Assembly: GCA_963802565.1 (NCBI GenBank)
Contig: CAWDJR010000019.1
Coordinates: 44,870-108,869, forward strand
Direction of reading: 5' to 3'
DNA from: an uncultured Acidobacteriaceae bacterium
GTDB lineage: Bacteria; Acidobacteriota; Terriglobia; Terriglobales; Acidobacteriaceae
Length of the DNA stretch: 64,000 nucleotides
Each line of letters starts with the position of its first letter. Position 1 is the stretch's first letter. The notes beneath the pieces were generated by a model. That model had not been told where the DNA came from. It worked only from the letters and a program-made list of their open reading frames with translations, and ran no database searches. The translations under genes and the position numbers were made by a program. Positions 50,812-61,860 of the stretch are shown here, piece by piece.

Positions 50812-51525
50812 TCACAATTGGTTGATCGTCAGCACCACTCTTCCCGCAATGAACTCGCTGGGCGGAACTTCGGGACCGATCTCGATCAGATCGACCGGGA
50901 AGCCCATGTTCAGAGGGCGCAGCACCAGGCGGGCGGATGCGTGTTCGATGTAGCGCAGGGTCAAGTGAGCTCCGTTGCGAATGGCGAAGATACTGGGACG
51001 GCCAGCGCGGTAGGGCGTCAGCGAGTTGTAATGGCGATCGATCACGGCAAGGGCATCGGGCTGCAGCAGCGGATCCATCGACAGCGCATCGGCATGAGAC
51101 ATGCGAATGGCGACGAAGCGCTGCCAGGTGCGCCGTGATGCGACGGCTTTCGGCTTGAGAGAAGACAGAGATCCAGGTGGCAGCGGGAGCATCGCCTGCA
51201 CGGCAGATGGTCTGATATGTGGCTCAAAGAGAGCGGTATTGTGAGAGACAAGCGGAACAGCGCTGTTTTCCTCGGTTGTCTCTACTTCTCTGAGTTGAGC
51301 GACTTGCGTACTGAGTTGAAGCAGATCCTCGGCCGCCATGTACTGGGCGCTCAACATGCGATCTATTCCTTCAAACGAAAGCTGCCGGCGAGCATGGAGG
51401 AAGTTGGACAGGTGCGACTTGCCGAAGCCGGTCTGGCGCGCCAATAGTGAAACGCTCAGAGTGCCGCGATTTATCCTGCGCAGCAACTCCATCCGAAGCC
51501 GTTCTTGCATCTGGGTAAAATTCAT
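50812..51525 (-). CDS. XRE-family HTH plus S24 (LexA/CI-like) peptidase-domain regulator
   Basis: The start MNFTQMQERL... leads into the HTH LSVSLLARQTGFGKSHLSNFLHARRQLS. The C-terminal part ...MSHADALSMDPLLQPDALAVIDRH...LTLRYIE...LVLRPLN fits the S24 fold pattern. Confidence 0.6.
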   Translation of the reverse strand: MNFTQMQERLRMELLRRINRGTLSVSLLARQTGFGKSHLSNFLHARRQLSFEGIDRMLSAQYMAAEDLLQLSTQVAQLREVETTEENSAVPLVSHNTALFEPHIRPSAVQAMLPLPPGSLSSLKPKAVASRRTWQRFVAIRMSHADALSMDPLLQPDALAVIDRHYNSLTPYRAGRPSIFAIRNGAHLTLRYIEHASARLVLRPLNMGFPVDLIEIGPEVPPSEFIAGRVVLTINQL

Positions 51526-52069
51526 CTGTGGAAAGTCCGCCACCAGCCATGGGAACGATCGGTCCTTGTTTTCAGTGAGCAAACCGATTTCATCTTTTTG
51601 GCTTTGTTTTTTGGGTTCTTTTGTACATCCGACAGAACGAATTGAAGAACTCTTCCTGGCTGCATTGACGCAGAGGAAGCGTCTCACTACATTGGGTTTA
51701 TTCCAGCTCGCACAGGTATGAGGAATTCTCGAGGATGCGGCTCATTCGCGCAATCGAACGAGGGTGGTAGAGCGGTTACCGATCGCTTTGGCTTCCTTTT
51801 CGGCCGGATATGAGCTGAGCGGCCATGGGGAAAGGCCGATCTTAGGGGTTTCAATCGCAGGCGCCCCAGCAATGCGCCTTCCACGAGCCTGTGCAGCCGA
51901 TTCCAGAATCTGCGCACCTATCACAATGACTTGTACAGGTCGAGTACAGACGGCAACCGCATAACAGGGCAGCAGACCCTGAGTGCAGCCGGCTGGCTCC
52001 TTTCACCTCGCCAAACAGAGGACAAGAAACTGAACGAGCGAGAGAAAGCGATTCTTGGGGGAATCCGTC

Positions 52070-52279
52070 ATGGAAGTGTGCGTACACATAAAAGTATGCG
52101 AGGGTTGCGGTTGTCTTTGGCTCCGTGCCCTGACTCAGGGAAGTGTCTATTGCAGTAGATGTGAGACAAAATTAGAAAAATTTCCGAGCCCGGAAACGCG
52201 AAAGCGGCGAGGGCGTCCTGCACGAAAACGCCTGATTGATATATGGGCTGTTGCGGCGGTAGCGGGAGGTGCGGAGTGA
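52070..52279 (+). CDS. small CxxC...CxxC zinc-ribbon protein with basic tail
   Basis: MEVCVHIKVCEGCGCLWLR...VYCSRCETKLEKFPSPETRKRRGRPARKR. The stop overlaps the next start (GTGA). Confidence 0.4.
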   Translation: MEVCVHIKVCEGCGCLWLRALTQGSVYCSRCETKLEKFPSPETRKRRGRPARKRLIDIWAVAAVAGGAE

Positions 52280-52827
52280 GCGCAGCTCTGCAGTTACCCT
52301 CCATCTCAGCAGCGGGAACCATCATTCAAAAATGGCGGTCAATCAAAGTTGTCGATTCTCGCAGAGTTGGTGAGTCTCGCTCAAATGTTGAGCCTTGCTC
52401 AAATCAACAGGCCGAATCGCATGCGGCAAATCAGAAGGTTGGGGCGGTTCCTAATATCAGCGTGGCCTTCTATCGCAAACATACCGAGAAGATGCTGCGG
52501 CGCTATCTCTATGCGTCGATGCTGGTGGGTCGAGCGCCCGCTATTCTGGGGGAGCCGATCGGGCGGGGCTGGGTATCAAGCCGGAAGGTCAAGACGTTTG
52601 AAGACGCCGTGATTTTTGTGCTTGATATCGAGCGTTGCCTCAAGAAGCTGGGTTCGCTGGACTGCACGCTTTTGAGCCGTGTTGCTCTGCAGGAATACAC
52701 GCATGCAGAAACCGCGGACATCCTCGGCGTGAGCGTGCGCGCCATCTCCTACAAGTATCCTCTGGCGTTGGATCGACTGACGGAACTGCTGTTGCAATCG
52801 GGGCTGCTGATTCTTCCGACTTCATAA
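52276..52827 (+). CDS. sigma-70 region-4-like HTH protein (atypical ECF-like); start uncertain
   Basis: The C-terminal part LDCTLLSRVALQEYTHAETADILGVSVRAISYKYPLALDRLTELL resembles a sigma region-4 HTH. No clear region 2 is recognisable. Confidence 0.45.
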   Translation: MSAALQLPSISAAGTIIQKWRSIKVVDSRRVGESRSNVEPCSNQQAESHAANQKVGAVPNISVAFYRKHTEKMLRRYLYASMLVGRAPAILGEPIGRGWVSSRKVKTFEDAVIFVLDIERCLKKLGSLDCTLLSRVALQEYTHAETADILGVSVRAISYKYPLALDRLTELLLQSGLLILPTS

Positions 52828-52975
52828 TTCGCAGGGCCGCAAGATCAAGAAGGGGAGCGCCGGTTGGCGTTCCCCTTTTTGACGTGAAGCTACATATGTG
52901 AGGAAGGCCTGCACTGTTGTTCAAGAAGTAACTGCTAAGTGCCCACAATACGTTCGGAACTCATCAAGATACAGT

Positions 52976-53482
52976 TCAGGGTGTCAAATTGAACTTTGGT
53001 CCGAGATCTTGAATGACCGGCTTGTCGAAGAGTGCCATCTCTTCAGGCGTCGGGGCCTGGAATTTCTCGAGCCATTCTGACAACGCAGCTTTTGCGATAG
53101 GCGGATGCTCAGCTCCCCGGCGTTGGATTCTGTCGAAGAGTACTTCCGGAGGGGCCGAGAGGTAATGCAACTCGACGGAGGCGCCGAGTGACCAGGCTCC
53201 ACGTCGCAGCGTATCCCGTTCAGATGTTCCCCACGTCCCCCATTCGATGATCACGATGAGACCGAGCGCAAGGAATTCCTGCCCAATTCTCCATTGCAGA
53301 GCCTCAATCTTCGCGCGCCTTTCTTCATCGTAAAGGCTTAGTGATAAAGCACTCATTCATTCGTCGGGTTCAAAAAGAATCGCACGAAGTCTGCGCTCGA
53401 GCGCCTTGGCGAGTGTCGTTTTTCCGGAGCCGGGCAGCCCGCAAATTATGACTAATCGTGGTCCGTCTCCGTCTCTTTTCAT
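52976..53482 (-). pseudogene. AAA_33/P-loop kinase-like ATP-binding protein with an in-frame TGA at the expected Trp codon
   Basis: ORFs 53357..53710 and 52976..53356 are in the same frame, separated only by TGA (53357-53359). The product reads ...LVIICGLPGSGKTTLAKALE...ILFEPDE*MSALSLSLYDEE...IEALQW.... I recall this family having PDEWM at this position. Confidence 0.55.
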
Positions 53483-53855
53483 AAGCAGATTATCGCTGAA
53501 GAATGGGTTTTCTTCTCCGGTGAGCTGCCCAGCAAACATGCCAAGGCGCATCAGGTTTCCGGATTTAGAGCGAGTGACCGCCGATAGCTGAAATAACTCC
53601 GAAACAGTGAAACGGGTGGGGCTCCAGTCCGCCTGTGGCGACAGTCTGGTGCTCGCCGGAAACAGGCAGAGGCTCGTTTGAATCACCGGCAATGGATATG
53701 TGTACCGCAACAGAGGATTCCCAATCCATGTCAGAGATAGATCGTCATGAGAAATTCAGACATTCTTAAGTTCCAGTGTCTAGTATTTCGTCCGGGCGGT
53801 CCAGGACGTGGATGCCATCAATCTACTCAGAGACCTATAGCAGGAGTCGCGCGGG

Positions 53856-54305
53856 ATGATCAACGGTTCCGACTTCTTTGCAACTGAGCGGTACCTCCGC
53901 ACGCGTTTTCTCCTCCTCATCTTGGGTGGCGTGCCAATCCTAGCTGCGGTCGCTGTTGGATCAACGTATCTGCAACTTGCGCCTCGCGCACTCGCAATGA
54001 TGGTCTTTGCCATCGCTCTTTGCATTGCGCCTGCGGCTCTCATCATCTTGCGGAACGCAAAGTCTAGGGCCAACGCCTCAACTGACTCTTCACCTGCGCT
54101 TCTGGATGATGAAATGCGCAAGAAGTTGCGTGGCAGAATCCGCCGATTGCAGTTTGGTGTCGTCTTTTTAGCGCTGGTTTTTGTATACGCACTTTGGGAG
54201 ACCCGCGACGGTCCTTTGCTGCCGAGGCTCGTAGGGGCGAGTATGAACCTGCTATTTCAGTTCGTGTTGATTCAGGCCATTCGCAGCCTGTGCGGAGACT
54301 CCTGA
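53856..54305 (+). CDS. hypothetical membrane protein
   Basis: 149 aa with four hydrophobic segments. No family recognised. Confidence 0.4.
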   Translation: MINGSDFFATERYLRTRFLLLILGGVPILAAVAVGSTYLQLAPRALAMMVFAIALCIAPAALIILRNAKSRANASTDSSPALLDDEMRKKLRGRIRRLQFGVVFLALVFVYALWETRDGPLLPRLVGASMNLLFQFVLIQAIRSLCGDS

Positions 54306-54356
54306 AGTAGGAATGGAGGTCTTCGATCTCCGAGAATCGGCACGCATTTTCGAGCG

Positions 54357-55631
54357 CTATGGCTGGCCATTCGCTACTTTGGGAACGTGTGTCGTGATCC
54401 CTTTCAGAAGGAACTCGCGGATAAGATTCTCCACGGCATCAGCGCCCGTATCCACCAATCCATTGAGAAAGACTAGTGACGCTCCGCGATTCTCTTCCGG
54501 ATAGTACAGATTGGAAATGGCTCCCGCTGAGAAATTGCCAAGGACGTTCGAGTAATTCGGCATCCACCGACCGTCATCGCTTCTTGTCATCACCGCTGCG
54601 GACATTGCGTAAAGCGCGCGCGAGCCGAAGCTGCCCTTTCCCTTGTAGAAGTAGCGTGGGTCCTGTCGAAAGATGGAAGGATAAACAGCCCTGCACAGTA
54701 TGGTGCTAGAAGCGTGGTTGGCCAGCGCAGCGCCGTATCTCTTGCCATATCCTTCGATTCCCCCGCCATATGCCGGGAAGACGTTCTGGTATTGTTCAGC
54801 ACCGGCGATTCCCGCCACGATCAAGAGCGAGACCGGATCGACGATCGACCGGATGCTCAGTTTGAATTTCTGCTTTGTCTGCATCGGCGGCGCGTTCCAG
54901 TCGTAGGAACTGTAAAAGTTTGGGATCACCCCACCGATGCGCTGCTGCAGGGCGATGTGTACCTGCTCCTCGGCCAGTTCCTCCTTGTTTCCCTCCACGG
55001 TCACACTGGTGACTCCGCCTGACACACTGAGGGTTAACCTGGGCATCATGCGAACTTCGCCTGCCTGCAACGGAATCTCGTGGGAGGTGAAGGTGCTCAT
55101 TCCTGCCCCAGTCGCTGTGATCCCGTAAGTACCCGGCGGCAGGCCTGTGAATGCGAAGTGCCCATCGCCGTCTGACATGATGGTTCGCGTATCAGCGGGC
55201 GATGGGCCCATCAGCGTAACCCTTGCGCCCTGCAGCACGTCTCCATTCTTGTCCATCACCGTTCCGGAGATACTCCCGGTGTCGGTTTGTGCCTGGATGG
55301 TTGCCGTTGATTGACTAGCAGACTGTCCGCGTCCGGGAGCATCTGGGAGTGCGCTGTCCGAGCTGTCCTGGACTGTTACTGTCGAAGCTGGGTATTGTTG
55401 TGCTCCAACGACTCCTCGCGCCAAGGTAAAAAACATCAATAAGACAGAAATCTCGATCCATACTGACTTTGACGTGGATGCAACATCGAGCAATGAACGA
55501 TCCTCGGTTTCCCAGACATATTCGGGCCCGGGTCTGTTAGACGTGCCACTGAAGCGGGCGTAAGGACTTCGAAGCATGACATCTTCGTCATGTTCAACAG
55601 GAGACCTGTGCGGTCCCCATATGACGTGCAC
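54357..55631 (-). CDS. carboxypeptidase-regulatory-like-domain protein (start uncertain)
   Basis: A TM/signal segment (VWIEISVLLMFFTLARGVVGAQQ) is followed by GSISGTVMDKNGDVLQGARVTLMG...DGDGHFAFTGLPPGTYGITATGAGM and a C-terminal domain of about 230 aa of unknown family. Confidence 0.6.
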   Translation of the reverse strand: MHVIWGPHRSPVEHDEDVMLRSPYARFSGTSNRPGPEYVWETEDRSLLDVASTSKSVWIEISVLLMFFTLARGVVGAQQYPASTVTVQDSSDSALPDAPGRGQSASQSTATIQAQTDTGSISGTVMDKNGDVLQGARVTLMGPSPADTRTIMSDGDGHFAFTGLPPGTYGITATGAGMSTFTSHEIPLQAGEVRMMPRLTLSVSGGVTSVTVEGNKEELAEEQVHIALQQRIGGVIPNFYSSYDWNAPPMQTKQKFKLSIRSIVDPVSLLIVAGIAGAEQYQNVFPAYGGGIEGYGKRYGAALANHASSTILCRAVYPSIFRQDPRYFYKGKGSFGSRALYAMSAAVMTRSDDGRWMPNYSNVLGNFSAGAISNLYYPEENRGASLVFLNGLVDTGADAVENLIREFLLKGITTHVPKVANGQP

Positions 55632-55970
55632 ACCAAGCTGATATTTGATGAGATCACTGCGAGGCTTAAGCCGAGATTAAGGAGGAGCTTTTAATTCTGC
55701 AAACGCTCCTGTCTAGGCAGTGTTTTTTCACGGGCAACCGTTTTGGAAACATATCGCTACGAATCACGACTAAACGAGTGGGATTCGGGTTGTTTGCGTT
55801 TGCATCGCCAATGCATTCATCCACGGCTGGCGCATGCCAAATTGGGGTTCCGGGCGAGCCACCACTCACTCGCCGTCGTCGTTTAAGCCAATTGATCAGG
55901 CTCGAGGAATCTCTGTTCTGCGTGACGGAGTCAAATTCTCCGGTTCATGCTGACAACGATCGCTGCGCTT

Positions 55971-57450
55971 TCAGAATTTGCGCGACCACTCTTTCGGCCA
56001 GCGCTCCACAATCACCTTCTTGTCGGTGAAGAACTCAACGGCGTCGCGGCCCTGCGCGTGCATCACGCCGAAGAAGCTGCCCTTCCATCCCGAGAACGGA
56101 AAGTAGGCCATGGGCGCGGGCACGCCAATGTTGATGCCTACATTTCCGGTTGAAACGGAAGTGCGGAACTTGCGCGCAGCCGCGCCGGAAGAGGTGAAGA
56201 TGGAGCTTGCGTTTCCATAGGCTGAACGCTCGATCATCGCCACGGCCTCGTCCACCGTGTTTGCGTGCACAACTGAAAGTACCGGGCCGAAGATCTCTGT
56301 TTCCATCAAAGGACTCTGCGCCGGCAAGCCGTCCAGCACGGTCGGCCCGACAAACGAGCCGGCTCCGTTCGCGCTGGCGCGTCTTCCATCCACAATCGTC
56401 TTTGCGCCCTGGTCAGCGCCCTGCCCGATGAGCGAGACAACGCGCTCGCGGCTGGCCTGGGTAATCACTGGGCCCATCTGGGTGTTGGGATCGAGCCCGT
56501 TGCCGACCTTGAGTGCGCTGGCTGCGGATGCAATCGCGTCGCGGAACCAGTCTTTCGCTTCGCCCACGGTTACGGTAACGCTGACGGCAAGACAGCGCTG
56601 TCCAGCGCAGCCGAACGCAGAATCGGCAATGATTTTTGTCGTGGTTTCCTGGTCGGCATCGGGCAAGCACCACGACGTGATTCTTGGCGCCGCCCTGGCA
56701 CTGCACGCGCTTGCCGCTGGCCGATCCACGCGCGTACACATGCCTGGCCACTGGGGTCGAGCCGACAAAACTCACGGCGCGCACGAGAGGATGATCGAGC
56801 AGTGCGTCTACGGCTGCCTTGCCGCCGTTCACGAGGTTCACAACGCCGTCGGGCAGGCCGGTCTCCTGCAGAAGTTCAAGAAGGCGGGCGGCGGAGAAGG
56901 GAACCCGGTCGCTGGGTTTTAGAACCACGGTGTTTCCAGTGGCGATGGCATAGGGCAGGAACCACAGCGGAATCATCAGGGGAAAATTGAAGGGCGTAAT
57001 GACAGCGCAAACTCCGAGCGGCTGGCGCACCATGATCTCGTCGATGCCCGGCGCCACATCTTCGAGCGAGTAACCCTGCATGAGCACGGGAATGCCGCAC
57101 GCGACTTCGACGTTTTCAATGCCGCGTCGCAATTCGCCTTTGGATTCGGCTAGAGTCTTGCCGTTTTCGATGGTGATGAGACTGGCGAGTTCGTCGAGAT
57201 GCTCTTCGAGCAGGAACTTCAGTTTGAAAAGATATTGCACGCGATCTGCGGCGGGCACCGCGCGCCACGAAGCGAAGGCAGCGTGCGCGGCCTGCACTGC
57301 GGCGTCCACTTCTGCGGCAGACCCGGCAGGAGAATTTCCTAAAGGCTCTCCGGTTGCGGGGTTCAGAAGTTCAATGCCGGAGGGACTTGTGGAGGAGACC
57401 CACCTGCCGCCAATGAGGTTGTGAATCGAGGGGGAAGCGATAGCTGTCAT
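55971..57450 (-). CDS. mmsA: CoA-acylating methylmalonate-semialdehyde dehydrogenase; one frame interruption near 56664-56667
   Basis: ORF 56413..57450 gives ...[35 protein letters not shown]...[16 protein letters not shown] 55971..56768 gives [26 protein letters not shown]...[11 protein letters not shown]...[11 protein letters not shown], the typical MmsA C-terminus. Confidence 0.85.
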
Positions 57451-57503
57451 GGGACTTCAATGTAACGCAGTGGGCATAAAGACGGCAGCAGGAATTTGCT
57501 TCG

Positions 57504-57836
57504 TCACCCTACCAAACCGGCAAGCCCTTGCAAGGAGCGAATTTCGTAATGCGCTGACTGCTTGTCGTAGCGTGATAGAAACTTCAATCGATCTTCGGGG
57601 ATGATTGCCGCGCCGTAATTCGGGCCGGCCACAGACTTCAGCGCTTCAATTGATTCCCACACCATGATGGTGATGAATTCAATCTCATCGTCCAGCACTC
57701 GGCGGAGCACGATGCCGCCTTTGTATCCCGGGATTTTACTCATTCCCGGCAGCAACTCCGGCTTCAGTTTGGCCTCGTAGTTGTCTGCGTTTTCGGGCTT
57801 AGTGTATCCGTGCCAGATTCTCGCGATCATTGGCAT
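57504..57836 (-). CDS. ABM-like (dimeric alpha-beta barrel) monooxygenase-fold protein
   Basis: 110 aa. The sequence MIARIWHGYTK...EFITIMVWESIEALKSVAG... fits the ABM-domain pattern. Confidence 0.5.
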   Translation of the reverse strand: MPMIARIWHGYTKPENADNYEAKLKPELLPGMSKIPGYKGGIVLRRVLDDEIEFITIMVWESIEALKSVAGPNYGAAIIPEDRLKFLSRYDKQSAHYEIRSLQGLAGLVG

Positions 57837-57993
57837 CCCCCGTCTTCAGTGCTAACTGCCAGGTCGGTTCCGCAGGAGAGAACGCTCCGACGATAAAGAA
57901 TACGCCAGATCGCAGAAGTCCGTCTGCTATTGTGGACGGTTCGGAGGCGTGCGGGCGGCACCCTCACCCAATCTACCCGGAGGCAACAGCACC

Positions 57994-59073
57994 ATGCTGC
58001 AGATTGCTCGTCACTTTGGAATCGTCTTAGTGTTTTCGTCGGCCATGGCTTTTGCGCAACAGCAGGCTCTGCAGCCCACCACCGCGACCGAGGCGCCGAG
58101 CCGCGACACCAGCTACATCGATGCCAGCGGCACAGCGCACGTCACGCGTGTCGTGCCGGTGCCGCAGACGATCAGTCCTGAAGCGCAGAAGTCGATCAGC
58201 CGCGCCGAGCCCGATCAAGGCCCCGAGCAGCCGCTTGAGGCGCGCCGCAAGGGAACAGACGCCTATACCGCCCGGGCCCGCGTGGAGTGGACGAAGCTTT
58301 GCCCCAACACGATCGTTGAAGACAAGATGGCGGGGGTGCCGGTGCGCATTGTGACTCCCGAGGGTATGCCCGACGGGAACAAGGACAAGGTGCTGCTGAA
58401 TCTGCACGGCGGCGGATTCAATTCCGATTCGGGCTCCTATACGGAGTCGATTCCCATCGCCAGCTATACCGGCATCAAGGTTGTCGCTGTTCTTTATCGG
58501 CTTTCGCCGGAAGTGAAGTTCCCGGCTGCGGTGGATGATTCGATCGCCGTCTACAAGGAGTTGCTGAAGACCTATAAGCCGGGACGCATTGTCATCTATG
58601 GAACCTCGGCAGGAGCCATCCTCACCGCCGAAGTTGCCGCAAAGATCAAGCAACTGGGGCTACCCATGCCTGCGGCGCTCGGTATTTTCAGCGGCATGGG
58701 CGACTTTGCGCGCGCCGGCGATTCGCTTGCGATGTACGCACTGCGCGGACTGGCCGGACATCTCGATCCGCCGGACCCAGGCGCGCACGATCCGTTCTAT
58801 GTCGCGTCTACGGATCCCAAAGACCCGATTCTTTCGCCGATCTTTGGCGACCTCCACGGGCTGCCGCCGACGCTCTTTGTCACCAGCGGACGAGACCTGC
58901 TGCTGAGCGGCACGGTGAATCTGCATCGTGCCTATCTGCTGGCCGGTGTTGACGCTCGACTGGTGGTGTACGACGCGCTGCCTCACGCCTTCTGGTACAA
59001 CCCGCAACTGCCGGAGGCGATTGAAGCCAACCACATCATGGCTGATTTCTTTGTGAAGCAGATCGGTAAGTAG
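57994..59073 (+). CDS. secreted alpha/beta hydrolase (HSL-type esterase/lipase)
   Basis: ATG 57994 follows GGAGG, with a signal peptide. It has the HGGGF oxyanion motif (LLNLHGGGFNS), GTSAGA as the GxSxG motif, and a C-terminal DALPHAF. Confidence 0.8.
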   Translation: MLQIARHFGIVLVFSSAMAFAQQQALQPTTATEAPSRDTSYIDASGTAHVTRVVPVPQTISPEAQKSISRAEPDQGPEQPLEARRKGTDAYTARARVEWTKLCPNTIVEDKMAGVPVRIVTPEGMPDGNKDKVLLNLHGGGFNSDSGSYTESIPIASYTGIKVVAVLYRLSPEVKFPAAVDDSIAVYKELLKTYKPGRIVIYGTSAGAILTAEVAAKIKQLGLPMPAALGIFSGMGDFARAGDSLAMYALRGLAGHLDPPDPGAHDPFYVASTDPKDPILSPIFGDLHGLPPTLFVTSGRDLLLSGTVNLHRAYLLAGVDARLVVYDALPHAFWYNPQLPEAIEANHIMADFFVKQIGK

Positions 59074-59190
59074 CGGACTTAGAGACACTTGCCCGGAACC
59101 AAATCCAGGATTGAGATTTCTCTTGACACAGAGCACTCTGCAATATAGAGTACTCCTTGTTCACGGAAATTCGTGATGGAGGAGAGCGGA

Positions 59191-59809
59191 ATGCAGGATC
59201 AATCGACGGAAATGGACTTGAGGGAACGGCTGAGCTTGATTGAAGGCATGATCAGCGAGGGCCGCAAGAAGACGGAGAGCTGGGGATGGACGTTCTTGCT
59301 GTGGGGCGTTGCATATATGGTTGCGATTCTCTGGGCTTCAAAGGGCGGTGCCGTGTCGGTGTGGGGCAAATCAGGATCAGCCGTAGCGTGGCCCGTGACG
59401 ATGTTCTCTGCAGCGCTGCTCACGATGGCAATTGGCATGCGTAAGGGAAAAGGGCAGCCGGGCACGACGATGGCGCGGGCCATTGTTGCGATCTGGATTT
59501 CAGTGGGCACATCGATGATCCTTATCTTCCCGGCTTTAGCGGCGTCAGGCAGGCTGGACGAGCACGCGTTCGTGGCGATCGTGGCCGGCATGCTGGGAAT
59601 CGCGAACGGCGCGTCGGCAATGATTCTGAAATGGAAGGCTCAGGGTGCCTGCGCAGTTATCTGGTGGATTACAACGGTCGCGGCGTGTTTCGGTTCTGAG
59701 ACACAACTGACGGCGGTCTTTTTGACGGCGCTATTTCTGTGCCAGATCGTCTTCGGCATCTACGCGATGATGCAGGAATCGCGCCGGCGCAGACAGGGTG
59801 CTGTGGCCC

Positions 59810-59817
<8 letters not shown>
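59191..59817 (+). CDS. hypothetical membrane protein
   Basis: ATG 59191 follows GGAGGAG. It has five to six TM segments and overlaps the next gene by 8 nt. Confidence 0.5.
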
Positions 59818-61271
<1,454 letters not shown>

Positions 61272-61341
61272 CTAGCTGGTGGGTATTGAGCGGGATGCGG
61301 CAGGGAGTCCGCTTTTAGAACCCCCTGCGCGGCGGTGAGCA

Positions 61342-61695
61342 CTAACCATTGCGGCGGTCGCGGTGTTTCGCGCGAAAGATTCTGCGCGAAGCCACGTTCT
61401 GGCGATGGCGGAGGATGCGGCGATCCTTCATCGTCAGACGGCCATTGTGATATGCACGCATGGTGCGCGCCTGGCGATGAATCCGCATCTGCTGCCGCTC
61501 GAGGCGTGCGCCCTGTCGCGGAGTGAAACGTTCGTTCCTGATTCCGTTTCCAATGCGTTGCTGCTGGTTGAACTCGCGCTTGAACTCACGCTTCACGACT
61601 GGATTCTTTGGCTGTTCCTGCGCAGTGGTTTGAGCAAATGTCAAAGCGGGCGCTGCAGTGAGTGCCGCCACAAGTACAAACTTGAAGAGCTTCAT
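61342..61695 (-). CDS. small secreted, highly basic protein
   Basis: ATG 61695 follows GGAG. It has a signal peptide MKLFKFVLVAALTAAPALTFAQ, and the mature part is rich in R/Q/K. No family recognised. Confidence 0.5.
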   Translation of the reverse strand: MKLFKFVLVAALTAAPALTFAQTTAQEQPKNPVVKREFKREFNQQQRIGNGIRNERFTPRQGARLERQQMRIHRQARTMRAYHNGRLTMKDRRILRHRQNVASRRIFRAKHRDRRNG

Positions 61696-61860
61696 GGTGT
61701 TTCTCCTTCTGTGACGGCGGTGGCTGAAAGATAGCTCCTGTCCACTCACACTCGCTGAAACACGATGCCCGCACATTCGTTGTCAGACTTTTGGATGATT
61801 ACTGTTTGCTTGCTTAAGAGTTGCTGAAGACCGCTTCTTGACGAAGTAACTGCGTAGCGC

